Under the pieces are notes generated by a model, which made no database searches, had not been told where the DNA came from, and saw only the letters and a program-made list of their open reading frames with translations. From positions 16,112 to 80,111 of the forward strand of contig JAKSTC010000003.1 of the NCBI GenBank assembly GCA_024402765.1: a DNA stretch of 64,000 nt, written 5' to 3'. The stretch comes from Alphaproteobacteria bacterium. Lineage in GTDB: Bacteria; Pseudomonadota; Alphaproteobacteria; Rs-D84. The translations under genes were made by a program, and so were the position numbers. Each line of letters starts with the position of its first letter. The stretch's first letter is position 1. This document shows positions 55,051-64,000 of this stretch, in pieces.

Positions 55051-56547
55051 ATGAAAAAGAAAAATACGGCAATTTTGGTGACTGTTTTGGCGCCTTTGAC
55101 GGCATTTGCTGCGGGTGAAGGGGTGCCTGCATATTATCAACAAGATTCTGGTCCAAACGCAAATCAGGCTGGGTATAGCAAATATAAACAACAGGGTTAC
55201 ACAAATTATGTCGGTAATTCTGGTCAGAAACAGGTTGTCGCGTCCAGGACATATTCTTATTCTGTGCCAAATCAACAGGCTGCTTTGCCAAAAAATACTG
55301 GCACAATGACAACTAATGGTGTTGCTGTTCCTGTGGAACAGGATCGTGCCACGACAATTTATGCACGTTACAATCGTCGCTTCGCAGATTTTCAGTTTGA
55401 AACCGGGGTGAATTCTGTTTTGGAATGGGATGATATGTGGTTTAATGAAATTACTGCTGGTTTATCACATACTTTTAGCCTTGGTAATTTTGATTTGGGT
55501 GTTATGGGTGAATATACTTATGGTTCTATGTCGGGTGGCGGTTTGTCTATGGATTATGATTTAAAACCATATGATGTTTCTTACCCTGATGAAGGAATAT
55601 TTACTATATCTGTGGGTGATCAAAGTGGTAAAACACATCATCTTAAATTTGGTTTGTCTGCGCATCATGCGTGGGATATTGGTGGATGGAAGTTTTCACC
55701 ACATATTGGATATGAAATATTCAAACATAATTTGCAAATGTCTGACCATTATTATCCGAATCCCGGGGTGTATTTGCCTTTGATGACAAGCGGTGGTGAC
55801 TATGTTTTTGGAACATATGATGATGCTGGAAATAGTATGTATTATGCTGTTCCAGTAGATTTGGCAGATGTTGCATACGACACCAATGGATGGAGTCAGG
55901 TTTGTATGTCCCCAGAAGATATAAAGTTAGTGCCTGCACAGGAAAGTGGCTGGTTGGGTAATGTAATACCGCTTACAGAAGAATATAACCCTGCATGGGG
56001 AACAGTACCATGGGGGGTTGGACCAGGGGAATGTGTTGTTATTGGTGGTGATGGACCGATTATTGTTCCTGGAACTACGCATATTTATGAAACAACATGG
56101 AGTGGTTTTTACGTGGGCTTAGAGGTTGAAAAACAGATGACACTGAACGACAAATTGCGTCTTTATGTTCAGTTTGGTTTGCCAAAATATTCAGCAGAGG
56201 GAACATGGCCTAATCGCACAGATTGGCAACAAAACCCAAGTTTCTTGGATGAAGGGAGTAATGGCGCATATTCATATGCAGCTGAATTGGAATATAGTTT
56301 AAGATTATCTGATAGATTACAGTTGGCAATCAAGGCGGACACAAACTATTTCCATGTCGGAAATATTGGTGGCGAATTGTATGTTGCAGAATCTAATTAT
56401 ATTTTCTGGGACGAACAAGCGGATGATGGTGCCGGGGCATGGGTCTTAGGAACAACACCTGCATATACAGAACATGTGTCTAATTCGTTGAAAAGTGCTG
56501 TATGGCGTTCGTTCGGTTTAAGTTTGGGATTAAAGTTCTCTTTCTAA
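55051..56547 (+). CDS. Putative outer-membrane beta-barrel protein
   Basis: Signal peptide MKKKNTAILVTVLAPLTAFA-AG, alternating-hydrophobic strands, and a C-terminal FGLSLGLKFSF ending in Phe. Confidence 0.6.
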   Translation: MKKKNTAILVTVLAPLTAFAAGEGVPAYYQQDSGPNANQAGYSKYKQQGYTNYVGNSGQKQVVASRTYSYSVPNQQAALPKNTGTMTTNGVAVPVEQDRATTIYARYNRRFADFQFETGVNSVLEWDDMWFNEITAGLSHTFSLGNFDLGVMGEYTYGSMSGGGLSMDYDLKPYDVSYPDEGIFTISVGDQSGKTHHLKFGLSAHHAWDIGGWKFSPHIGYEIFKHNLQMSDHYYPNPGVYLPLMTSGGDYVFGTYDDAGNSMYYAVPVDLADVAYDTNGWSQVCMSPEDIKLVPAQESGWLGNVIPLTEEYNPAWGTVPWGVGPGECVVIGGDGPIIVPGTTHIYETTWSGFYVGLEVEKQMTLNDKLRLYVQFGLPKYSAEGTWPNRTDWQQNPSFLDEGSNGAYSYAAELEYSLRLSDRLQLAIKADTNYFHVGNIGGELYVAESNYIFWDEQADDGAGAWVLGTTPAYTEHVSNSLKSAVWRSFGLSLGLKFSF

Positions 56548-56563
56548 TAAGGGGTAATGGTGG

Positions 56564-57601
56564 ATGTTTGCTATAGGACGTCTTGGTGGCGTAGTTCTTG
56601 CGTGTATTGTTTGTGTTTGTGCGTATGCAAACACTGGTTCTTTTGATATAGACCGTTGGTATGGAATTTTAGATGATGTTCGTGTTCGTGCCGCCAATGA
56701 AAAGATATCTCCTCATGTTGTCGATGCTGTCCTTGTGTCACCTGTGTTGATACCGTCTATTTTGAAAAGTGATAAAAATCAATCTGAATTTAAAATGACT
56801 CTGGATGCATATTTGTCGCGAACTGTATCGCAAAAAAGGATAAAATCTGGCCACAGTATGCGTACAAAATATCCAACAATGTTGGCCAATGTTAATAAAA
56901 AATTTGGTGTTCCGCCACATGTGATATTGGCATTTTGGGGATTGGAATCTAATTACGGTGAAATAAAGGCTCGTCATAAATTAACAAATGCTTTTTTAAC
57001 ATTGGCGTATGATGGGCGGCGCGAAACATTTTTTAAAAATCAATTGATTGAATTAATGAAAATTGCTGATAAAAATAAATTAGATATCAATAATATTTAT
57101 GGTAGTTGGGCGGGTGCAATGGGACATTTCCAATTCATACCGACGACACTTTCGCAATACGGAATTGACGGTAATGGCGATGGCAGGGTGGATATAATAA
57201 ATAGTGTTGGTGATGCGATGTTTAGCGCGGCTAATTATTTGCATCATTTGGGATGGAATGCGAATGAAAGAATTGTTCGCAGGGTTATTTTGCCTGCTGA
57301 TTTTGATGTTGGTTTGTTGGATGGTAAAACAAAAAAAACACTATCTGAATGGGCATACATGGGTGTTACAAATGTTGATGGAACACAAATTCCTGATGCG
57401 GATATGTTGGCGGGCTTGGTCGCAGATATCAGGGCGATTGAAAGTTATCAGAGCCCAGAGCTTGATATGGATACAGATATTGCACCACGGCCCATTATTT
57501 ATGCATATTTAACATATCCGAACTTTTATCGTATAAAAAAATGGAATAATTCTAATTGGTATGCGATTGCAATTGCAACACTTGCTGACGAATTAAAATA
57601 A
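56564..57601 (+). CDS. mltB: Lytic murein transglycosylase (MltB/SLT_2 family)
   Basis: AFWGLESNYG and GAMGHFQFIPTT motifs; signal peptide. Confidence 0.8.
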   Translation: MFAIGRLGGVVLACIVCVCAYANTGSFDIDRWYGILDDVRVRAANEKISPHVVDAVLVSPVLIPSILKSDKNQSEFKMTLDAYLSRTVSQKRIKSGHSMRTKYPTMLANVNKKFGVPPHVILAFWGLESNYGEIKARHKLTNAFLTLAYDGRRETFFKNQLIELMKIADKNKLDINNIYGSWAGAMGHFQFIPTTLSQYGIDGNGDGRVDIINSVGDAMFSAANYLHHLGWNANERIVRRVILPADFDVGLLDGKTKKTLSEWAYMGVTNVDGTQIPDADMLAGLVADIRAIESYQSPELDMDTDIAPRPIIYAYLTYPNFYRIKKWNNSNWYAIAIATLADELK

Positions 57602-57669
57602 TGATTGAAAATCCACTGTTTGTCTGATAATCTTAATAGTATAGTTTGTCAATAACAAAGGATTAAGAT

Positions 57670-58626
57670 ATGGCTATTAAGGTACGCGATTACGAAGTGC
57701 GTCTTACGCGGAATAAAGAAGAACGTAAACAGGTTCGTCAATTGCGCTATGCTGTTTTTTGTGAAGAAGAAGGTGCTTATGCCACTGAAGAACAAAAAAA
57801 TTTACGCGAAGAATATGATGCGTATGATAGATTTGCTGAATATATGGCTGTGTTTCACAAGGATAAAATTGTTGGGACATATCGCATAATTGACAGAAAT
57901 GATGCTGAAAAAATGGGCGGTTTCTACACAGAAACAGAATTTAATATTTCCAAAATTAAAAAGTCCAATGGTAATATTGCAGAGATGTCGCGTGCCTGTG
58001 TTGATCGCGAATATCGCGAAAATGGTTTGGTTATGCGCTTGCTTTGGGCGGGCTTGGGCGAATATGTCGTAAAACGTAAAATAGCGATTTTATTTGGTGT
58101 TCCATCATGGGTTGGAAAGAATCCTGCGGAATCTGCCCAGGCGATTTCTTATTTATATTATAATCATTTGTCGCCATTACATTTGCGTGCAACGGTGTTG
58201 TCTGAAAATTTTGCAGATGACGTTAATCCAAAAATGTCGCAAATGAATATTTTGCCACGCGCTTTTGTTGATGAAGAAATTGCAAAAAAACAAATGACTC
58301 CTTTGATAAAGGGGTATTTGCGTTTGGGGGCAACTTTTGGCCGTGGCGTTTTCGTTGATAAAGATTTTGGCTCTTATGATATTTTTGTTATGGTTCAAAC
58401 AAAAAATATCGATAAAACATACCAGAAACATTTCGCGGGTAGTGAAAACGCTTTTGATAAATTTGATATAAAAAATGGTCCGTTGCATACTTTGACACGG
58501 GTGTTGATGTCTCCTGCGACTGGTGCAATAAAAGTTGTGCGGTCGTTCTTTGATTTCTTATTACGCGAAGATGCGGCGGATGCAGAATTTGTCCAAGATG
58601 CCCCATCAGAAGAAGATAAGGAATGA
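57670..58626 (+). CDS. olsB: GNAT-type N-acyltransferase, ornithine lipid synthase OlsB-like
   Basis: VRQLRYAVFCEEEG N-terminal signature of the OlsB / hemolysin-like family. It overlaps the downstream acyltransferase by 4 nt. Confidence 0.65.
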   Translation: MAIKVRDYEVRLTRNKEERKQVRQLRYAVFCEEEGAYATEEQKNLREEYDAYDRFAEYMAVFHKDKIVGTYRIIDRNDAEKMGGFYTETEFNISKIKKSNGNIAEMSRACVDREYRENGLVMRLLWAGLGEYVVKRKIAILFGVPSWVGKNPAESAQAISYLYYNHLSPLHLRATVLSENFADDVNPKMSQMNILPRAFVDEEIAKKQMTPLIKGYLRLGATFGRGVFVDKDFGSYDIFVMVQTKNIDKTYQKHFAGSENAFDKFDIKNGPLHTLTRVLMSPATGAIKVVRSFFDFLLREDAADAEFVQDAPSEEDKE

Positions 58627-59462
58627 CAAAACCACGCAAACAGAATTTTTTTAATACATCACTTGCGGTATTCAAATTTATTTTATTTTGGATAACGGTG
58701 CTGTTGCATCTGCCAATATTGTGTGTGATACCGGTTGGTAAATTTTCGGTTAGGTATATGAAGTTTTTTATGCAAACGGTGGCTTTCTGGACCGGTGTTC
58801 GCGTTCGTGTTAAAGGAACACTATCTGACAAACGTCCGTTGTTGTGCGTATGTAATCATATATCTGTATTTGAATTTATGTCTATGCCAATTGCGTTTAA
58901 TGCGTCCTTTTTTGGCAAGATTGATATTGCCTCTTACCCATTGGTTGGCTGGATTGCAAAAAAGTTTGGTGTGATATTTGTTGACCGCCGTCCATCGCAT
59001 GCGCTTGAGGCGTTAAACGTGGTGCGTAAACAAATGCAAAATGCAGATTACCCAATGTTTTTGTTTCCTGAGGGGACAACGACCAATGGTGCCTATGTTA
59101 AGGAATTCAAAAGCACATTATTTAATATTATTGAAGATAATCCGAAATTAACAATTCAACCGATTGTTATGAATTATCGTTATCGTAATGGTGATGTTAT
59201 TTCTGACGTGGACATGGCAAATCATTTTGGTTATTTTGATAATGCAAAGCAAGATATGGGACCCCTTTGCGAAAGAGAACGCAGTGCATTTGGTCAGATT
59301 TTTCATATAATGGTTTTGGGTGGTTTCTTGATTGATATAACTGTATTGCCAGTGCCCCGTTTGGGGAAAAATACGGACAGAAAAGAAATAGCAATGAAAC
59401 TGCATACAATCGTTTCAGATAAATATATGGAATTAAAAGACAAAAAATATAAAGAGAAGTAA
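58623..59462 (+). CDS. olsA: Lysophospholipid (PlsC-family) acyltransferase, OlsA-like
   Basis: NHISVFE (an HX4E variant of HX4D) and FPEGTT motifs. Translationally coupled to olsB. Confidence 0.6.
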   Translation: MTKPRKQNFFNTSLAVFKFILFWITVLLHLPILCVIPVGKFSVRYMKFFMQTVAFWTGVRVRVKGTLSDKRPLLCVCNHISVFEFMSMPIAFNASFFGKIDIASYPLVGWIAKKFGVIFVDRRPSHALEALNVVRKQMQNADYPMFLFPEGTTTNGAYVKEFKSTLFNIIEDNPKLTIQPIVMNYRYRNGDVISDVDMANHFGYFDNAKQDMGPLCERERSAFGQIFHIMVLGGFLIDITVLPVPRLGKNTDRKEIAMKLHTIVSDKYMELKDKKYKEK

Positions 59463-59464
59463 AA

Positions 59465-60742
59465 ATGAAAATTGAAAATTTATGCGTTAAACGTTTAATT
59501 GGTGATGTCGCGGGTGCAACAACGCATGGGCATAAAATCGCGCTTAAGGGTGGATATATATATCAAACATTTCAGGGTGGATACACTCTATCGCCACTTG
59601 GTTGGCGTGTTGTTAAAAATATTGAAAATATTATACGCCAAGAAATGGATAATATTGACGGTCAAGAAATCTTAATGCCCGTGGTTAGTGGTGCTGATTT
59701 GTGGCGTCAAAGTGGTCGTTATGACAAGGTTGATGTTTTAACAAAATTTAAGTCGCGTGCAGGTGCTGATTATGTTTTGAATCCAACACATGAAGAAGTT
59801 GTTGTTGATTTTGTTAAAAGTGTTTTGGAAACATATCGTCAATTACCTTTTATGGTGTATCAGATACAGACCAAGTTTCGTGATGAATTACGTGTTCGTG
59901 CGGGGTTGGTTCGTACGCGTGAATTTATAATGAAGGATGCTTATTCTTTCCATAACAGTGTCGAAGATTTGGAAAAATATTATAATCGTTGTTTAGATGC
60001 GTATAATAAAATCTTTGCACGTTGTGGGTTAAAGAATTTTGTTCATGTTTTGTCATCAACTGGCGATATGGGTGGCAGTGTTGCACATGAATTTCAATTG
60101 GTTAATGATATGGGCGAAGATACAATTTATTTGTGTGATTGTGGTTTTAACGCAAACAAAGAAGTTGTTGACGGCGATACAGAAATATGCCCAAAGTGTG
60201 GTAAAAAAATGCGCAAGGTTCGCGGTATTGAAATTGGTAATATATTCCAACTGGGGACAAAATATTCTAAATCAATGGAATTAACATATACGGCGCCAGA
60301 TGGCACCAGCCAGAATCCTATTATGGGATGCTATGGAATTGGTGTCGGACGGACTATGGCGGCAATTATGGAAGAAAGTGCTGATGATAAGGGACCAATT
60401 TGGAATATGGCGACAGCACCATTTAAAGTTGAAATAATTGCATTGCCTGATGCGGATGGAAAATGTGTTAAATTGGCAAATGAATTATATGAACAATTAA
60501 AGTCATGTGGTACAGAAGTTTTGCTTGATACACGTGATGTGCGTGCAGGTGAAAAATTTGCTGATGCAGATTTGATTGCTGCACCAATTCGTATGATTAT
60601 ATCTGGGAAAAATCTGCAACAAGATGCGATAGAAATGAAGTATCGTGTTAATAATTATGATACATCAATATTACCAACATCCATTGCAATCGCAAATTGG
60701 AAAAAAGAACTTGATGAAATAATATGCAAGTTGTCTAAATAA
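59465..60742 (+). CDS. proS: Prolyl-tRNA synthetase (short form without the INS editing domain)
   Basis: YQIQTKFRDELRVRAGLVRTREFIMKDAYSF (motif 2 region) and GCYGIGVGR (motif 3). 425 aa, with a CxC...CxxC insertion. Confidence 0.9.
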   Translation: MKIENLCVKRLIGDVAGATTHGHKIALKGGYIYQTFQGGYTLSPLGWRVVKNIENIIRQEMDNIDGQEILMPVVSGADLWRQSGRYDKVDVLTKFKSRAGADYVLNPTHEEVVVDFVKSVLETYRQLPFMVYQIQTKFRDELRVRAGLVRTREFIMKDAYSFHNSVEDLEKYYNRCLDAYNKIFARCGLKNFVHVLSSTGDMGGSVAHEFQLVNDMGEDTIYLCDCGFNANKEVVDGDTEICPKCGKKMRKVRGIEIGNIFQLGTKYSKSMELTYTAPDGTSQNPIMGCYGIGVGRTMAAIMEESADDKGPIWNMATAPFKVEIIALPDADGKCVKLANELYEQLKSCGTEVLLDTRDVRAGEKFADADLIAAPIRMIISGKNLQQDAIEMKYRVNNYDTSILPTSIAIANWKKELDEIICKLSK

Positions 60743-60748
60743 AACTAA

Positions 60749-60773
60749 ACCGCCCGAATGGGCGGTGTTTTTT
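60749..60773 (+). terminator. Rho-independent terminator after proS
   Basis: ACCGCCC-GAAT-GGGCGGT followed by GTTTTTT. Confidence 0.85.
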
Positions 60774-60775
60774 GT

Positions 60776-61525
60776 TTATCTTTTATTCTGTTGGCTGTTG
60801 ATTTTCTTCTCCTCCGCGCGTTCTGCTTCGAATGCCTCCTCTGCGGCGGCAGAAGTTTCAATTTGTAACAACTGATTTTCTAATGCGGTGCGTTCAGACG
60901 CCTTATAACCAGTATCATCAGAATTTTCAGAATTCGATTTTTCATTCTTTACAGCAGGGTTAATTAAATTCTGATATATTTTCATCGCTTCCTTGGTTCC
61001 AGCGACATCTCGTTGTAATAACTTATTGTCATTGCCAGATATAAACCAATCATTTATCTTCACCGCAGTCATTTGCATAATTGGACGTGTGCGTGCATTT
61101 TCAAGCCATACTGGTAATGTGGGTGTGTCGGAATAATACCACAACATTAACCAATATAATAACCCCATAACAACCACCCCACGAACAATACCAAATATTA
61201 CACCAAGTGTTTTATCGGTTATATTTAGTATGCTGTGTTGAATTTTTTCGCGTAGTTTCTGATTTATAAAACTGGTTAATATTAATATAACAAAAAATAC
61301 TATAAAGTAAGACGCAACCAATGTTCCAACGGTTGATTCAGATAATTTAAACCAACCTTGTAATAATTTGTCCAACCATGGTGATGCAAAACGCGCAGCA
61401 ACCGCGGCAGCCACCCATGACATTGTTGCAATCGTTTCATAAACACCGCCACGAATAGTTGCCCATATTGTGGATCCCAAGATTAGGACAATATAAATAT
61501 AATCAAGAATGGTTAAGTCAAACAT
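60776..61525 (-). CDS. cvpA: CvpA-family membrane protein with a hydrophilic C-terminal tail
   Basis: MFDLTILDYIYIVLILGSTIWATIRGG N-terminus, typical of CvpA; 4 TM segments. Confidence 0.8.
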   Translation of the reverse strand: MFDLTILDYIYIVLILGSTIWATIRGGVYETIATMSWVAAAVAARFASPWLDKLLQGWFKLSESTVGTLVASYFIVFFVILILTSFINQKLREKIQHSILNITDKTLGVIFGIVRGVVVMGLLYWLMLWYYSDTPTLPVWLENARTRPIMQMTAVKINDWFISGNDNKLLQRDVAGTKEAMKIYQNLINPAVKNEKSNSENSDDTGYKASERTALENQLLQIETSAAAEEAFEAERAEEKKINSQQNKR

Positions 61526-61639
61526 GATTACGCCTTAGTTATTTTGGTTTTCTCAATAATACAATTCCAAATCCAACCACCAATAAACCCAACAATCCAT
61601 ATAACCAGATTGTTGAGTTGTTATTTGTTAAATTGTCAT

Positions 61640-62116
61640 TTATTGTATTACTTTTTTTTTTGATTCTGAAACATATTCAGAAATCTTTGCAACTTTGTCA
61701 GAATTCTCTGAACGATATTTATCAGCATCTGTTTTCATTTTTTCTTGGACATCGGTTGCAAATTGTTTTTCTGTATCCGTTAAATCAATAGCAACTGCAT
61801 CACGTAATTCAGTTTGCATATAATCAGCATAACCCTGAAAACATTTTTCACCAATAACAATAACAGGAACACCACCAGATTCATATTCACATTTTTTCAA
61901 TGTGTCCATAAACACACCTTGGTTTTCAGATTGTGTAACATTAACTTCTGAAATTTTTATAGATGGAAATTCATATATCAAATTATTTCTAAAAAAGTCA
62001 CGAGCATGATGACAATGCGGACATGTTGGTGAGTAATAAATTGATATGTCTGCAGCATTTGCCGCACAAATTAAACCCAAACTTGCGATAATTCCAAGAA
62101 TAGAACACTTTTTCAT
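61640..62116 (-). CDS. Secreted thioredoxin-fold thiol:disulfide oxidoreductase
   Basis: Signal peptide MKKCSILGIIASLGLICAANA, a CPHC active site (YYSPTCPHCHH), and an AAGGAG RBS before ATG 62116. Confidence 0.7.
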   Translation of the reverse strand: MKKCSILGIIASLGLICAANAADISIYYSPTCPHCHHARDFFRNNLIYEFPSIKISEVNVTQSENQGVFMDTLKKCEYESGGVPVIVIGEKCFQGYADYMQTELRDAVAIDLTDTEKQFATDVQEKMKTDADKYRSENSDKVAKISEYVSESKKKVIQ

Positions 62117-62182
62117 AAATTTCTCCTTTTTTGTAAGCAGAGTAATTATAAAAAGCAATTTCATTTGGTGCAAGACATTTTT

Positions 62183-62476
62183 TTAGTGTGATATTCTGAC
62201 GTCATCAAATTCAGAATAACGATTAAACATTGCGCGTGCAAAAGGACACAATGGCATAATTTTACGATTTTTTGTGCGTGCTAGGTTTGCGACACAACGA
62301 ACCAGGTTTAATCCGATTGCTTGGTGTCTGAACTCTGATACAACCTCTGTATAATCAATAATCATTTTGTTAAAACCGAGTGTGGCAAAAGTTATTTCAC
62401 CAACATGTTGCCCGTTGCATTCTGCGTAAAAGCCCAAACCATTCGGATATAAAGTGTAACGAATATCGTATTGCAT
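62183..62476 (-). CDS. Small GNAT-like acetyltransferase (YjdJ type)
   Basis: 97 aa; the C-terminal MPLCPFARAMF motif is characteristic of this family. Confidence 0.7.
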   Translation of the reverse strand: MQYDIRYTLYPNGLGFYAECNGQHVGEITFATLGFNKMIIDYTEVVSEFRHQAIGLNLVRCVANLARTKNRKIMPLCPFARAMFNRYSEFDDVRISH

Positions 62477-62545
62477 ATAATCTGTTCCTCTCCCTATACC
62501 TTATACAGATTATACAACACAAAATCGCCAGAATAAATACGAATG

Positions 62546-63475
62546 TTATCCGATTTTATTGAATGGCTTAAAGGTTTTTGATATCGCTTGAATACTCTTG
62601 TGCAGGTCTGATGATTCAGATGCAGTCATTTTGGGGTTAAGTGTTGCAACGACACCCGCCCCCCCAACAATACGGGGCAGGGATAGTGCGACCCCACGTG
62701 ATACAATGCTGACCGTTAAAATGCGCCTTTCATCATGTGCAATACAACGAACCAGGTCGGCAACAGCGGCGGCAATTCCGTCCCATGTTGCACCACGACC
62801 CTTGATTATTTCAGCGGCGGCACCATGAACGCGATGTAAAATGGTGTTTTTGGTTGCCTGTGATAGTGGTATTTTGACCTGTTTGCAAAAATCATTTAAT
62901 GCGATTCCACCAATTGTTGCAGATGACCAGTTTATAATACTGGTATCACCGTGTTCGCCCAACACATACGCATCCACAGATTGCTTTGAAATACCAAATT
63001 GATGTGCCAATATAGTGCGCAGACGTGCGGAATCTAACATTGTGCCGGTGCCGATAACGCGTTCAGGGCTGATGCCAGATAATTTCTGGGTTAACATAAC
63101 CAATGAATCTAGTGGGTTTGTCACAACTATTAAAATAACTTTTTGTGGGTTAATATTCGGCATTAGGTGTGAAATGATATCATTAATAACATTGGCATTT
63201 GCCTGCATCAATTCAGGACGTGATTGCCCCGGTTTTTGATTTGCGCCCGCAGAAATTACAACGATATCAGAACCTTTTAGTCCGCGATAATTACTAACCG
63301 CGGATATTTTAACATCGCGGTCAAATGCAGATGCATGTCCTAAATCTTCGGCAGCAGCGCGTGCACGAACGCCGTCCCGGTCAAACAAAACAATTTCATT
63401 TATTAAGCCTGTATTTTTGATTGCGGTTGCGACCGCAGAACCAACCGAACCGACACCAATAATTGCTACTTTCAT
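62546..63475 (-). CDS. ldh: L-lactate dehydrogenase (LDH/MDH superfamily)
   Basis: MKVAIIGVGSVGSAVA Rossmann motif. SAGANQKPGQSR has Gln at the substrate-discriminating position. GEHGDT. Confidence 0.75.
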   Translation of the reverse strand: MKVAIIGVGSVGSAVATAIKNTGLINEIVLFDRDGVRARAAAEDLGHASAFDRDVKISAVSNYRGLKGSDIVVISAGANQKPGQSRPELMQANANVINDIISHLMPNINPQKVILIVVTNPLDSLVMLTQKLSGISPERVIGTGTMLDSARLRTILAHQFGISKQSVDAYVLGEHGDTSIINWSSATIGGIALNDFCKQVKIPLSQATKNTILHRVHGAAAEIIKGRGATWDGIAAAVADLVRCIAHDERRILTVSIVSRGVALSLPRIVGGAGVVATLNPKMTASESSDLHKSIQAISKTFKPFNKIG

Positions 63476-63665
63476 ATCTGCCTTCCTTGTGTTATAATAA
63501 TGTTATTATATCACAAAATATACCCGTTTGCACAGCAAAGAATAGAATAGGGCAAAATTTGATTTTCTTCTGATTTATAGGACTAAAATCGCGTATAGCG
63601 GGAATTGTTTCTGATTTTTAAGAAAAAATGGCTATAATTACCCTGTAAAACCAAGGGGGTAATAA

Positions 63666-63896
63666 ATGTTACATGAACAATTATGGCATGCCATAGATAA
63701 ATTAGCAGAATCACAACATACAACATGTTCGGGACTTGCACGGTTAAGCGGTCTGGACGCGACAATATTTAACAAAAGCAAACGCACCTCGCCTGTGGGT
63801 CAACCGCGCTGGGTTTCAACCGAAACGATTGCCAAAGTATTGGTTGCCACACATACGACCATTCGGCAATTTGTAGAATTTTTCTATACTAAATAA
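63666..63896 (+). CDS. Small helix-turn-helix (XRE/phage-repressor-like) DNA-binding protein
   Basis: 76 aa. LWHAIDKLAESQHTTCSGLARLSGLDATIFNKSKR resembles a Cro/C1-type HTH. There is no peptidase domain. Confidence 0.55.
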   Translation: MLHEQLWHAIDKLAESQHTTCSGLARLSGLDATIFNKSKRTSPVGQPRWVSTETIAKVLVATHTTIRQFVEFFYTK

Positions 63897-64000
63897 AAAA
63901 ATCAGATTTTTTTATTGCGTGATAAAAAGATATTTTGTTATACTGTGCTATGATAACAGGTGTTCTGTTGTTGGGCTTGACAACCCTTTATACAGCGTCG

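Noticed and set aside
61526-61639. Hydrophobic mini-frame (LVIWIVGFIGGWIWNCIIEK...) on the minus strand between the thioredoxin-like gene and cvpA
   Set aside because: There is no ATG, GTG or TTG start in frame after the preceding stop, so it is not called.
63950-64000. Possible start of a gene (MITGVLLLGLTTLYTAS...) at the right edge
   Set aside because: Only 17 codons are visible, which is too short to support a call.
1-64000. CRISPR arrays, rRNA genes, transposases or IS elements, tyrosine integrases, reverse transcriptases (retron/DGR/group II intron), and classic toxin-antitoxin pairs
   Set aside because: I saw no short regularly spaced repeats, and none of the translated ORFs shows DDE, tyrosine-recombinase or YxDD signatures. 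The only recombinase is the small serine invertase at 50659-51261.

Overview
Chromosomal window from an AT-rich, alphaproteobacterium-like genome. G+C is roughly 30-50% from spot counts of single lines and was not computed. Lineage markers in the translated ORFs are GapR/DUF2312, a short ProRS lacking the INS domain, OlsB/OlsA, SPOR-domain fusions and scattered vir genes. Together these resemble Rickettsiales/Holosporales-type intracellular bacteria, but that is inference only. I count about 60 protein genes and 2 tRNAs. I saw no rRNA, CRISPR array, transposase, integrase or reverse transcriptase. Core content: rpmE, a degenerate suhB-like gene, a minimal cell-wall block (PBP1A-mraY-ftsW-murG), def-fmt-truA, comEC, gapR, pyk, recR, rsmA, a kefB-like gene, lspA-yidC, the tRNA-Trp-secE-nusG-rplKAJL-rpoBC block, rpmF-plsX, ihfA, pepO, hemW, olsBA, proS, cvpA and ldh. 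Two real genes are absent from the ORF track because they are under 60 aa: secE (34737-34916) and rpmF (46727-46876). Accessory content: a VirB6-like gene at the left edge; a virB8-virB9-virB10 operon with unusual fusions (VirB9 with a C-terminal SPOR domain, VirB10 with a ~210-aa Cys-rich C-terminal extension) and no virB11/virD4; an AT-rich tagD-licD-GT2 cassette behind a structured leader that contains a terminator; a YadA-type adhesin beside a small serine invertase, with 26-bp inverted repeats bracketing a promoter-like segment; a tRNA-Arg(CCU) whose 3' end is duplicated 169 bp downstream; a 93-bp palindromic element; an orphan MerT-like gene; and a 793-aa Cys-rich secreted protein. The best candidates for something undescribed are (1) the invertase/inverted-repeat switch in front of the adhesin, (2) the riboswitch-like attenuator in front of the glycan-decoration cassette, and (3) the SPOR-anchored, extended VirB9/VirB10 pair. 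All functional calls rest on motifs read by eye; no database search was run.
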